DNA of 18,655 nt, taken from sequence record NC_074654.1; one strand, 5' to 3'. The notes beneath the pieces were generated by a model. That model had not been told where the DNA came from, searched no databases, and saw only the letters and a program-made list of their open reading frames with translations. How positions within the stretch are numbered: the first letter of the stretch is position 1; every line of letters starts with the position of its first letter. Positions 1-7,374 of the stretch are shown in pieces. Position numbers and translations under genes: made by a program.

Positions 1-62
1 CCCTAGAGGGAGGGAGCTTTCAACTCCGGCATAGTTGAGATGCAGGAGAATAGAAGGCATTA

Positions 63-94
63 AGGTCCCTCGGGATTCAGGTCCCTCGGGATTC
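63..94 (+). repeat. 16-bp tandem repeat (AGGTCCCTCGGGATTC x2) at the left terminus
   Basis: Exact copies at 63-78 and 79-94; each contains the small palindrome TCCC-TC-GGGA. Confidence 0.95.
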
Positions 95-176
95 AACCCT
101 CCCGAGGTTGAACCCCGACAATTCCCCACATATAGGTGAGGAATATGTACGGCTTTCAGCTCCCTATATAATAGGG
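74..176 (+). repeat. Left inverted terminal repeat (103 bp)
   Basis: Base-by-base reverse complement of 18553-18655; contains hairpins TTCAACC..GGTTGAA (92-112) and CCCTAT-ATA-ATAGGG (162-176). Confidence 0.97.
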
Positions 177-597
177 GGAGGGGGCCGGTCCCCTTGGGTC
201 CCCCTATCTTTCGGCTATTGTGCCGAATTGTAATTTGAGAATTTGAATCATGTCGGAGGGGCCTCCTTTACACCAACCCAGAATTTTGGTTTACATATAT
301 GCGTAGGTAGTAAGGACCTTTAAAGCGCGCCGACCCTTTTGGTTTTTTTGTCAAGGGAAGTCCTGGATATGTCCAGATAACACGACCCAATTAACACCCG
401 AGAATTGAACTCTTAAAACGTTGCCCCGCTTATTAGAAAAAAAGAACATTATAGGCCCTCGGCGGCCGGTGTAAACTGTAAAATAATTGGTTCTACTCTC
501 CCCTATTGTCCCCTTGACAACAGTAGTTAACAATAAGCGTGCTTATATGTCTGTATAAAACAGAATTGCCCGGACAAAAAACCGAATTGCTCAGGGT

Positions 598-780
598 CTA
601 CAACAGCGTTGGCAAAAGCGGAAAATAGCGGTCAAACCTTACGCCCATAAAAGTAAAGACGGGGGGCGCCACCGGGCGCCCCAGAGACCCACCGACCTTA
701 GAGGCGCCGGCAGAGTCAGCTATGGCCGCACTTGCGGCCGCGCCATGGTCAACGCCGACGCCTCTAAGGTCAATTTGCAT
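598..780 (-). CDS. Possible 60-aa hypothetical protein, divergent from the helicase gene
   Basis: ATG start; GC-rich stretch within AT-rich DNA; shares the TATTTATA box at 802-809, about 22-29 nt upstream on the minus strand. No recognisable motif. Confidence 0.4.
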   Translation of the reverse strand: MQIDLRGVGVDHGAAASAAIADSAGASKVGGSLGRPVAPPVFTFMGVRFDRYFPLLPTLL

Positions 781-801
781 TGGTGGTTAGATTGTCCCGG
801 G

Positions 802-809
802 TATTTATA
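802..809. promoter_or_regulatory. Bidirectional TATA box (TATTTATA)
   Basis: Lies about 25-30 nt from ATG 836 (+) and ATG 780 (-); leaderless promoter geometry. Confidence 0.6.
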
Positions 810-835
810 GGTGCCTGCCGTGGTTCTTGCCGGAC

Positions 836-2437
836 ATGGATAAAAACGGGGGCTATCTACCTATTATGAGCATAGGTAATGTAGACAGGATGGACGGAGG
901 CCGCGCGACCCCGGAGGCATGGCAGTCCATAATGTTCAAGTGCATAGGGGACCTCGCGAGGGAGTACGCCCACGGCAACGTTACATACACCATGGACGGG
1001 GACTTTATATTCGCGGACGTCAAGGAGGGGGAGGTCAAGAAGTCGTGGGACATAAACCTCGCGACGTGGGCCGTGGTCAAGACCGAGGGGAAAAGAAAGT
1101 ACAAGTGCCGCATGAACAACAACGAGCTGGTGTGGGTCATGACCTTCTTGGCCAAGACCCCGGTGGCCAATGCCGTGGAAATAAACGCGGCCAAGGTGGT
1201 CGGCAACACGGTGGTTATCCCGGCGTGGTGCGACAACACCCCCGTGGTCATGACCGCGGACATAAGCCAATGGACCATATCATTGGGGACGTATGCGGCC
1301 GTGGGAGGCACCTACTACTCACCGGGTCGCTATGCCTCGCTCTACTGTCCTCCCACCACGCCCCTAGAAAACCCGAGGGAGGTCCGTAGGGCCGCGGCCG
1401 CCATGGTGACCACATACGGGACCTCCCTCACCACATTGGCCATACTGCCCTACATAAATCCCGTATTCCAGAAAAGGTACGTCCCCATAGTCCTGGGCCG
1501 CATGAGGTCGGGCAAGACCTCGATACTACAAGCCATAAGGCCCCTATGGCCCAGCAACACGGTCCAAGTGTCCTCCCCCACCACGGCCGCGGTGAGGAAT
1601 TTGCTGGTGGGCCACCACGTCATAGCGGACGACGTGGCTGAGTCCGTCAATACGCCCTTCGACTACACCCTAATAGTGGCCTACTTCGACCGCAACGAGA
1701 TACCTAGGGTCCGGGTCACCGATTTACGGGTGACCTCTTTCCCGCTAAGGGGGACGCTAGCCATGGCCACAAACAACCCCCAGATATCCCTAACAAGCAT
1801 ATCGGATAGGGTGATTATCGTGGACGTGGACAGGGTCAAGGCGACGGTGGGCCTCCCGGTGTCCATAAAGGCCGACATAGAGCCGGCGTGGTTCATACTG
1901 TCTCCCCTATTCCTGGGCGTCCCCACGACCCTATTTTCCTACATGGCCGGGCTGAGGGCTGACGCCACCGACGTCAAGAACCAGATAGATGAACCGACCA
2001 AAATCGTGCTGGACAACATGGACCCAATGGTCTACTTCTATAGGTGGCTCTACTACCGCCTAGCCAGGCTGAGGGCTAACGAGTGTAGGGGCCGCGGCGT
2101 CAAGGTAATTGAAAACGACTATTGGGCCTCCTTTGACGTGAGGTATATCCCCCACCCCTCTGTGGGGGACACCGTGTCGGTCACCGTGTCGCGGTCCCTA
2201 TCGGCCTCGGACTCGGAATATTCCGTGAGCTTCGGCACGGCCCGGCAGAAATATGGGGTCGTACAAGTCAGGTTCTACCTAGAGCGCCTAAACATACCCT
2301 ACAGGTCCCAGGGCAACGTGTTCATGGTGCCGTGCTCTAGGATAGATGACATAATCGAGGTGCTGAGGCCCTATAGCGATAGGGGCCCGGCCATACCGGC
2401 CAATGGCCACGAGGCTATAAATACGGCCGGCAATTAG
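836..2437 (+). CDS. SF3 helicase-like AAA+ ATPase, putative replicative helicase, with a C-terminal winged-helix-like region
   Basis: Walker A GRMRSGKT (1496-1519), Walker B VIADD (1619-1633), motif C/sensor-1 TLAMATN (1754-1774), candidate Arg finger SDRVIIV. ATG 836 preferred over the track's TTG 827 on TATA spacing. Confidence 0.8.
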   Translation: MDKNGGYLPIMSIGNVDRMDGGRATPEAWQSIMFKCIGDLAREYAHGNVTYTMDGDFIFADVKEGEVKKSWDINLATWAVVKTEGKRKYKCRMNNNELVWVMTFLAKTPVANAVEINAAKVVGNTVVIPAWCDNTPVVMTADISQWTISLGTYAAVGGTYYSPGRYASLYCPPTTPLENPREVRRAAAAMVTTYGTSLTTLAILPYINPVFQKRYVPIVLGRMRSGKTSILQAIRPLWPSNTVQVSSPTTAAVRNLLVGHHVIADDVAESVNTPFDYTLIVAYFDRNEIPRVRVTDLRVTSFPLRGTLAMATNNPQISLTSISDRVIIVDVDRVKATVGLPVSIKADIEPAWFILSPLFLGVPTTLFSYMAGLRADATDVKNQIDEPTKIVLDNMDPMVYFYRWLYYRLARLRANECRGRGVKVIENDYWASFDVRYIPHPSVGDTVSVTVSRSLSASDSEYSVSFGTARQKYGVVQVRFYLERLNIPYRSQGNVFMVPCSRIDDIIEVLRPYSDRGPAIPANGHEAINTAGN

Positions 2438-2440
2438 GCC

Positions 2441-2584
2441 ATGAAGTGGGTCTGTAAGGAGTCGGTTAACGAGCACGGCGTAAAGATGGTGGTGTGCCGG
2501 CCGCTATTCCCTAGCGAGGAAAAGGGGGAGGGCGAAAAAGACAGGGTGCCCGTCCTCCGGTTCTACGAGGGAGGGATTCTATAG
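2441..2584 (+). CDS. 47-aa microprotein MKWVCKESVNEHGVKMVVCRPLFPSEEKGEGEKDRVPVLRFYEGGIL (not in ORF track)
   Basis: ATG 3 nt after the helicase stop; TATAAATA at 2416-2423; T6 tract right after its TAG. Confidence 0.7.
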   Translation: MKWVCKESVNEHGVKMVVCRPLFPSEEKGEGEKDRVPVLRFYEGGIL

Positions 2585-2666
2585 GTTTTTTACAGGTCCA
2601 CGTAATTTACGACCGGAGTAATTTACGGAACGTGGTAGAGTTCAATTTTACAGATCGAGGTAAAAA
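2584..2666. repeat. Intergenic box cluster 1 (four TTAC-N7/8-GTAA boxes)
   Basis: Boxes at 2590-2605 (N8), 2607-2621 (N7), 2623-2638 (N8, ends GTAG), 2648-2663 (N8); 2603-2637 matches 9063-9097 at 33/35. Confidence 0.9.
2586..2591 (+). terminator. Oligo-T archaeal terminator candidate
   Basis: TTTTTT immediately after stop 2584; similar tracts follow stops at 8811-8816, 9754-9758, 14252-14257 and 16015-16020. Confidence 0.5.
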
Positions 2667-2711
2667 TGGCCCGGCGAAATAACTCTAAATAGGGAATTGT
2701 TATGGCTTCTT

Positions 2712-3029
2712 ATGTCCTCCCTAATAGTAGAGGCCTTCGGCAAGATCATAGAGGAATTGGCCTCCCTCGATTGCGACAAAATGAGGCGGCACGAGATAAA
2801 CGGCCGCCTCTACGTGAGGATTAGAAAGCTGAGGGACGCCTCGCTATACCTAGAGGTGCTGAGGACCATATTCGGCGTAGAGGGGGCCTTTAAGTCCGAC
2901 AAGCTCATATACATACCGTGCGACGCCCTCCCCCTCATACGTGAGAGGGCCCTAGCCCTAGGAATATCACCAAAGCCAAGGACGCGGGTAGGCCCACAAG
3001 ATAGTAATAGCGTCGCGAGAGTAGGGTGA
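2712..3029 (+). CDS. 105-aa hypothetical protein, possible winged-helix DNA-binding domain
   Basis: ATG 2712 with CTAAATA about 25 nt upstream; weak similarity by eye to the helicase C-terminus (YLE.L ... hhhPC). Confidence 0.7.
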   Translation: MSSLIVEAFGKIIEELASLDCDKMRRHEINGRLYVRIRKLRDASLYLEVLRTIFGVEGAFKSDKLIYIPCDALPLIRERALALGISPKPRTRVGPQDSNSVARVG

Positions 3030-3885
3030 ACTTGACCGCTATTGCGAATAGGTTAAGGAGCGAGGGGTAGGTAGAGCCGGCCCCAGCCACAAGGAGCATA
3101 ATAACGGCCGGCACGGACACTTGGTCGTGGACGGCCGACGCCAGCATGGTGGCCACCGCCTCGGCGTCCGACTCTGACCCCACTATCCTGGCGTAGATGG
3201 CCCTTATCATGAGGGCGGCCACCAGGTCCGGCAATGCCGTCAAGAAGGCCGACGTGAGGCCCAGCCCCACCTCCGTGACCGTGAGGGCGTATATGTCCTG
3301 TATTAGGTAGTATGTGCCGTAGGCCATGCCTATGGTGTTCAGCAAGGCCGTCGCTATGACCGAAAGGGGCGGCCGGCCTCCCACCACCTCGCCAAGGTTC
3401 AGCACTATCAAGGCCGGCAAGGCCACATAGCCGGCAACCACAAGCATGGTCGAGATAAAGGCCGATTGTATGCCGGACCTGGCGTAGAGGTCCACGGTCA
3501 AGGCGGCCGCGGACCACATTATGAGGGACGGCAATAGGCGCCTAATGTAGGGGGACCCCGGGGCGTAGGGGCGGACTAAAGCCGTCACAAACACGGCGTC
3601 CACCACCGTGCTGAGGATAGTGTCTATCCATGCCGCCTCTACGTTGCCTCCCAAGGCGAGGGACACGGCACTAATAGCCTGGGGCATGGCCGAAAGGGCC
3701 GACACCACCATGACATTGTACCACACCCTCACGTCGTAGAGGGCTATGGTTATCTCGGTGGCGTATGAGGCCGACGCGAGGATAATGAGCCACATGGCTA
3801 TCCCCACCCAAGGGGAATTGACCACCATTAGGCCTATGGTCGCAAGCCCCATAACGAATTCGGCCCATATTAGGCGGTTATCCAT
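2935..3885 (-). CDS. Polytopic membrane protein, degenerate CaCA (Na+/Ca2+ exchanger) superfamily
   Basis: About 10 TM segments; two alpha-repeat-like motifs, SALSAMPQ..IDTILSTVVD and AFLTALPD..ATMLASAVHD, versus canonical GTSLPE..GNxxGSNxxN/D. Start taken at ATG 3885, not the track's TTG 4050. Confidence 0.7.
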   Translation of the reverse strand: MDNRLIWAEFVMGLATIGLMVVNSPWVGIAMWLIILASASYATEITIALYDVRVWYNVMVVSALSAMPQAISAVSLALGGNVEAAWIDTILSTVVDAVFVTALVRPYAPGSPYIRRLLPSLIMWSAAALTVDLYARSGIQSAFISTMLVVAGYVALPALIVLNLGEVVGGRPPLSVIATALLNTIGMAYGTYYLIQDIYALTVTEVGLGLTSAFLTALPDLVAALMIRAIYARIVGSESDAEAVATMLASAVHDQVSVPAVIMLLVAGAGSTYPSLLNLFAIAVKFTLLSRRYYYLVGLPASLALVIFLGLGPSHV

Positions 3886-3910
3886 ATATTGGCATATATC
3901 ACCGGTATTA

Positions 3911-4345
3911 ATGCCTCGCAGAAAGGTGAGGGAGTACAACCCCTCCGAGAGCGACACCATGAGCCTAAAGGGCACCACCGCGGCCTTGAAACATGCCGAA
4001 TTGGTCCTCGTGGCCTCCCCCACATGCCCGGCGTGCAAGGCCCTATTCAAGTCAAAAAGCGTGAGGTACTACGCCTCTAAGGGCGTCATAACCGTGGTGC
4101 CTCCGGACCGCATGAGGCTGGAGGACATGGGCGAGTGGGTCCTGGACTCTAAGGGCTTGGTCCTCATGGCCTCTACCCCCACCTTTCTAGTTAGGTGCAA
4201 GGACGGCCGCGTCCTGTGGCGCTATAGGGTCCAAGCCGTCGATATATACAATGCCGACGCGGTCATGCAATTGGTCCTCGGCACGTTCAAGAGCCTGGCA
4301 ATTGAGTGCATGCCCGAGGACGCGGCCGGCGTAGAGGGCCTATGA
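3911..4345 (+). CDS. Thioredoxin/glutaredoxin-like CxxC protein
   Basis: ASPTCPACK active-site motif (CxxC at 4025-4036) after a beta-strand, plus downstream STPTF cis-Pro-like motif. Start at ATG 3911 or 3959. Confidence 0.72.
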   Translation: MPRRKVREYNPSESDTMSLKGTTAALKHAELVLVASPTCPACKALFKSKSVRYYASKGVITVVPPDRMRLEDMGEWVLDSKGLVLMASTPTFLVRCKDGRVLWRYRVQAVDIYNADAVMQLVLGTFKSLAIECMPEDAAGVEGL

Positions 4346-4446
4346 ATTGCGATTGTATGCAAAAAATCATAGAGGAATTGGTGCGTAGGGGGGTGGTAAG
4401 CAAGGAGGACGCCAAGAAGATGGCCGAGAAATTGGCCAAGGCATGA
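4342..4446 (+). CDS. 34-aa microprotein MNCDCMQKIIEELVRRGVVSKEDAKKMAEKLAKA (not in ORF track); SHOCT-like helical pattern
   Basis: ATGA overlap with the upstream stop (4342-4345) and ATGA overlap with the downstream start (4443-4446). Confidence 0.8.
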   Translation: MNCDCMQKIIEELVRRGVVSKEDAKKMAEKLAKA

Positions 4447-4721
4447 TTCCGTGCAAGGCCGATAGCATGGCCGAAATAGTGAGGCGGGTCCGGGACGCCT
4501 TAAAGCCCCTAGGCAACTACTACGTGTTCAGCTCAGACCTTGCCGATTGCCTCACGAGGATAAAGCTGGCCTTGCTCATGTACGCCCGTCAGACCGGGGA
4601 CGCCATGGTGTACGCCTACGCCAATTTCAATTTCAATTGCCCCGGCAACATGTGCGTCGTGCCTCCCTCGATTATGGAGGTGCTGGACTTCGCCCTAATC
4701 ACTATAGCAAGTTCAGCATAA
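4443..4721 (+). CDS. 92-aa hypothetical protein
   Basis: Coupled start, typical codon usage, followed by a TATA box for the next gene. Confidence 0.75.
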   Translation: MIPCKADSMAEIVRRVRDALKPLGNYYVFSSDLADCLTRIKLALLMYARQTGDAMVYAYANFNFNCPGNMCVVPPSIMEVLDFALITIASSA

Positions 4722-4729
4722 CATAGCTT

Positions 4730-4736
4730 TTTATAA
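4730..4736 (+). promoter_or_regulatory. TATA box (TTTATAA) for gene 4756
   Basis: Starts 26 nt upstream of the ATG. Confidence 0.7.
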
Positions 4737-4755
4737 GGTCGGCTTTGACCCGGCC

Positions 4756-5466
4756 ATGTTCAAGTTGCTTGACTATCTGTCAAGGCAGTTGAAACCCCTA
4801 AGGATAACCGAGAGGGAGCTCTGCCCGTCCTCAGCACTCTCCGAGTGGCTTGGCCTCGACATAGGGACCCGGTGCATACCGTTGACCCCAGCCGCATACG
4901 GGGAGCTTATCAAGCTATTCAAGCCCTTCGGCAAGGACTACATAGCTGAGGGCTATCTACTGCCCGACACCGTGAGGATTATATCATGCCGCCTCGTGTT
5001 GCTCACGCTAGAGGGGCAGGAGACCCACGAGGTCCTCTACGACGTGAGGACCAATACCTACGGCATAGCCATAGGCGGTGGGTTCAAGCCCCTAGAGGGG
5101 CTGGTGCCGTACACGTGCCCGCCCACCGGCTTCATGGTTGCCGTCGGGACCGTGGTGGACCTGGGGACGCGAGCCAAGCTGGCCATATACCTCCCCAATG
5201 ACCTATACGTCAAGTGGGCCAGGGCCGTCATAAGCAACAACATAGAGGGGGCCCTAGACGTGGTCAAGGTCATGAGGGCCGTGGTCGCGGGTTATGAGAA
5301 GACCGTAGAGGCCCTAAGGAGCCAGCTGGTGAGTGCCTTCGCGGACCAGGCAACCACAATAGAAAGCATATTCCAGCAGTACTTTAGGCCCTTGGAAACG
5401 GCTGAGCGGGTCCTTAGGACCGAAAGGGAAAGGGGCGGAGGCCGGCCGCAACCAGCCCCGCCCTAA
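4756..5466 (+). CDS. 236-aa soluble hypothetical protein with C-terminal helical/coiled-coil region
   Basis: Own promoter, long ORF, typical codon usage; no motif recognised. Confidence 0.85.
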   Translation: MFKLLDYLSRQLKPLRITERELCPSSALSEWLGLDIGTRCIPLTPAAYGELIKLFKPFGKDYIAEGYLLPDTVRIISCRLVLLTLEGQETHEVLYDVRTNTYGIAIGGGFKPLEGLVPYTCPPTGFMVAVGTVVDLGTRAKLAIYLPNDLYVKWARAVISNNIEGALDVVKVMRAVVAGYEKTVEALRSQLVSAFADQATTIESIFQQYFRPLETAERVLRTERERGGGRPQPAPP

Positions 5467-5535
5467 TTTTACCTCGATTCGTAAGATTCCCGGGGCACCA
5501 ATTTTACCACGTTTCGTAAATTACGTCCGGAGTAG
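5467..5535. repeat. Intergenic box cluster 2, between convergent genes
   Basis: TTAC-N8-GTAA at 5469-5484 and 5504-5519; TTAC-GTCCGGA-GTAG at 5521-5535; 5463-5488 matches the start of cluster 4 (around 11696-11721) at 25/26. Confidence 0.9.
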
Positions 5536-5620
5536 GAAATACCCTTTAGGTATGTCAACACAAAAGCATGCCGAAAAAGGGAGTATATAGGGACGGCAGC
5601 TATAGAAAAAAGTAAAGTGT

Positions 5621-6376
5621 TTACGGCTGGACGGTGAACTGATAGGTCCCGGGCTGACTCGTGTATATGCCCCAAGCCGGCAGTATTCCCGAGGGAGGCG
5701 AGGACCACGACCCTAGCGATATGGTCACCGGGTTGCCGTTGACGTAGGCCGTGCCGTGGACCACGTATATCCTGTAGGTGGCGCCCGATATAGGCATGCC
5801 GTTATCGCTAGATGCCGGCACGTAGACGTAGTAGAGCAAGCCCGTTATGTTATATGTGTAGGCCGTCAGTAGAACCGCGGCTTGGGCCGGTTTGTAGAGT
5901 ATATAGCCATAGCCGGCCGTCGCGTTAGCCCATACATACACGGTGCCTGAGGTGTCGGTGAAATTGAGCGTAGGCGTGGTGGTCGCTATGCCGAATAGGT
6001 ACAGCTGATAGCCGTTCACGGTCACGTAGGCGTTGCCGTAGGTTATATTGGCCGACTTGACGGAGCCGCCATAGGCGATTATGTCGTAGAGCGACCCAAA
6101 CCCTTGGGCGCTATAGGTGCATGAGCTGGCGCCGCACGTGACATAGCTTGGCACGTACACCAGGGAGGCCGGATTAGCCGGCCCGCTCTTGGGCTGGAGG
6201 GTGCTGACGGGTGCGCTAGTCGTGGTGGTGGTGGGGCTGGGCGAGGGTCCTGTGACCACGGTGCCGGACCTGCCGGTCATGTAGAGCCATATTATGTACC
6301 CCAAGACCGCTATGATTATCAACGCAACGACGGCCATGGCCGCCCTTTCGCGCGACCGATTGTGTATATTGGCCAT
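5621..6376 (-). CDS. Membrane-anchored S/T/P-rich, beta-rich surface protein with class III (pilin-like) signal peptide motif
   Basis: Charged n-region RSRERA|AM then hydrophobic helix; PSPSPTTTTTS linker; four ectodomain N-x-T sequons; Tyr/Thr/Gly-rich body. Confidence 0.8.
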   Translation of the reverse strand: MANIHNRSRERAAMAVVALIIIAVLGYIIWLYMTGRSGTVVTGPSPSPTTTTTSAPVSTLQPKSGPANPASLVYVPSYVTCGASSCTYSAQGFGSLYDIIAYGGSVKSANITYGNAYVTVNGYQLYLFGIATTTPTLNFTDTSGTVYVWANATAGYGYILYKPAQAAVLLTAYTYNITGLLYYVYVPASSDNGMPISGATYRIYVVHGTAYVNGNPVTISLGSWSSPPSGILPAWGIYTSQPGTYQFTVQP

Positions 6377-6394
6377 GTGCGGATAGTGGCGCGG

Positions 6395-6404
6395 ATATAA
6401 ATAT
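6395..6404. promoter_or_regulatory. Bidirectional TATA element (ATATAAATAT)
   Basis: Centred between divergent ATGs at 6376 (-) and 6423 (+), about 26-27 nt from each. Confidence 0.75.
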
Positions 6405-6422
6405 ACTGAGCTCTATTCCTCT

Positions 6423-7280
6423 ATGCAATTAAGGGACCTGTTTAGGGCGGCCGCCTCTACGGCCGCGATAGCCTCGGGGCTTGCCGTATTCGCCCTAGAC
6501 CCTACGCCGATAGGCCTATTGGCGGCCCTAATGTACGCCGGATTCGCATACGCCATATTCCAATATTGGGGTCAGCTGGAGAACCCCCTATTGATATTGC
6601 TCTACGTCCTCATGGTGTTTGCCGTGGCCATAAACGTCTACCAGCTGGTGATTTTCGCGGCCGTCGTGATAGCCCTCGTGGTGGCCGCTAAGAGGCCCAG
6701 CCTGGCCACGAGGCCCGGCCCCACCTTGGTCTATCCCCTAAGGCTTGCCGGCCTGGCCGCGGGGATATTGGCCGCGCCCCTAATACTGTGGTATGAGGCC
6801 ATACGGAGGGGCACGTGGCTCTACCGCCTCTATATGGTCCTCGGAGGCATAGGCCTAGTCCTAGCCATGGTGGGGCTGGGCTTCGACGTGAGGCCCATAG
6901 CCTCCCTCCTTGCGACGCCCATGCTGGGCCAATACCTCCAAATTGAGCCCGACGCCTCGCCTCTGTGGTGGCTTGGGGCCATAGGCTGGGAGGAATTCAT
7001 ATCGAGGGCCGCGGGACCCATGGGCAACGCCTTTTGGGTCATATTGCATTTTCCCACGAGGTACCTAATCATAGGCGTGCTTGGGGCCATAGGGGCCGTG
7101 TCCTATATCCAGATAGGCGCCCGGTGGCTGTGGGACACCTATGAGCGGGGAGGGATTATAGGGTCCCTCATAGGCCATGCGACCTACAACGCGGTGCTGT
7201 CCCTATTGATAGAGGTCCCCATTACGCTATGGCCCTTGGTCATTATTGCCGCGATAACATTATACTTCGTCGGGTGCTGA
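6423..7280 (+). CDS. CPBP/Abi (type II CAAX protease-like) intramembrane glutamic/metalloprotease
   Basis: All three family motifs in order in a multi-TM protein: EEFISR (EExxxR, 6990-7007), FWVILH (FxxxH, 7032-7049), HATYN (HxxxN, 7176-7190). Confidence 0.88.
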   Translation: MQLRDLFRAAASTAAIASGLAVFALDPTPIGLLAALMYAGFAYAIFQYWGQLENPLLILLYVLMVFAVAINVYQLVIFAAVVIALVVAAKRPSLATRPGPTLVYPLRLAGLAAGILAAPLILWYEAIRRGTWLYRLYMVLGGIGLVLAMVGLGFDVRPIASLLATPMLGQYLQIEPDASPLWWLGAIGWEEFISRAAGPMGNAFWVILHFPTRYLIIGVLGAIGAVSYIQIGARWLWDTYERGGIIGSLIGHATYNAVLSLLIEVPITLWPLVIIAAITLYFVGC

Positions 7281-7374
7281 TTAGGGGCAACGCCATGGTG
7301 AACGGCACGATATACGGCAACTATACGGAGATACCCTGTAAATAGCCATATAAAACGCCCACCTTTTTCCGGCC

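Noticed and set aside
351-533. 60-aa minus-strand ORF in the left AT-rich region
   Set aside because: TTG start, AT-rich codons unlike the other genes, no clear promoter.
223-588. GAATTG repeats in the left non-coding region as iterons
   Set aside because: Irregular spacing, and the hexamer also occurs several times in coding regions.
2745-4380. 16-bp identity ATCATAGAGGAATTGG (2745-2760, 4365-4380) encoding IIEEL
   Set aside because: Both copies are in-frame coding and the similarity does not extend; explained by a common helix and codon bias.
7274-7345. 23-codon ORF (GTG..MVNGTIYGNYTEIPCK) or a frameshift extension of the protease
   Set aside because: Very short, no slippery sequence or promoter evident; cannot be separated from chance without reads or proteomics.
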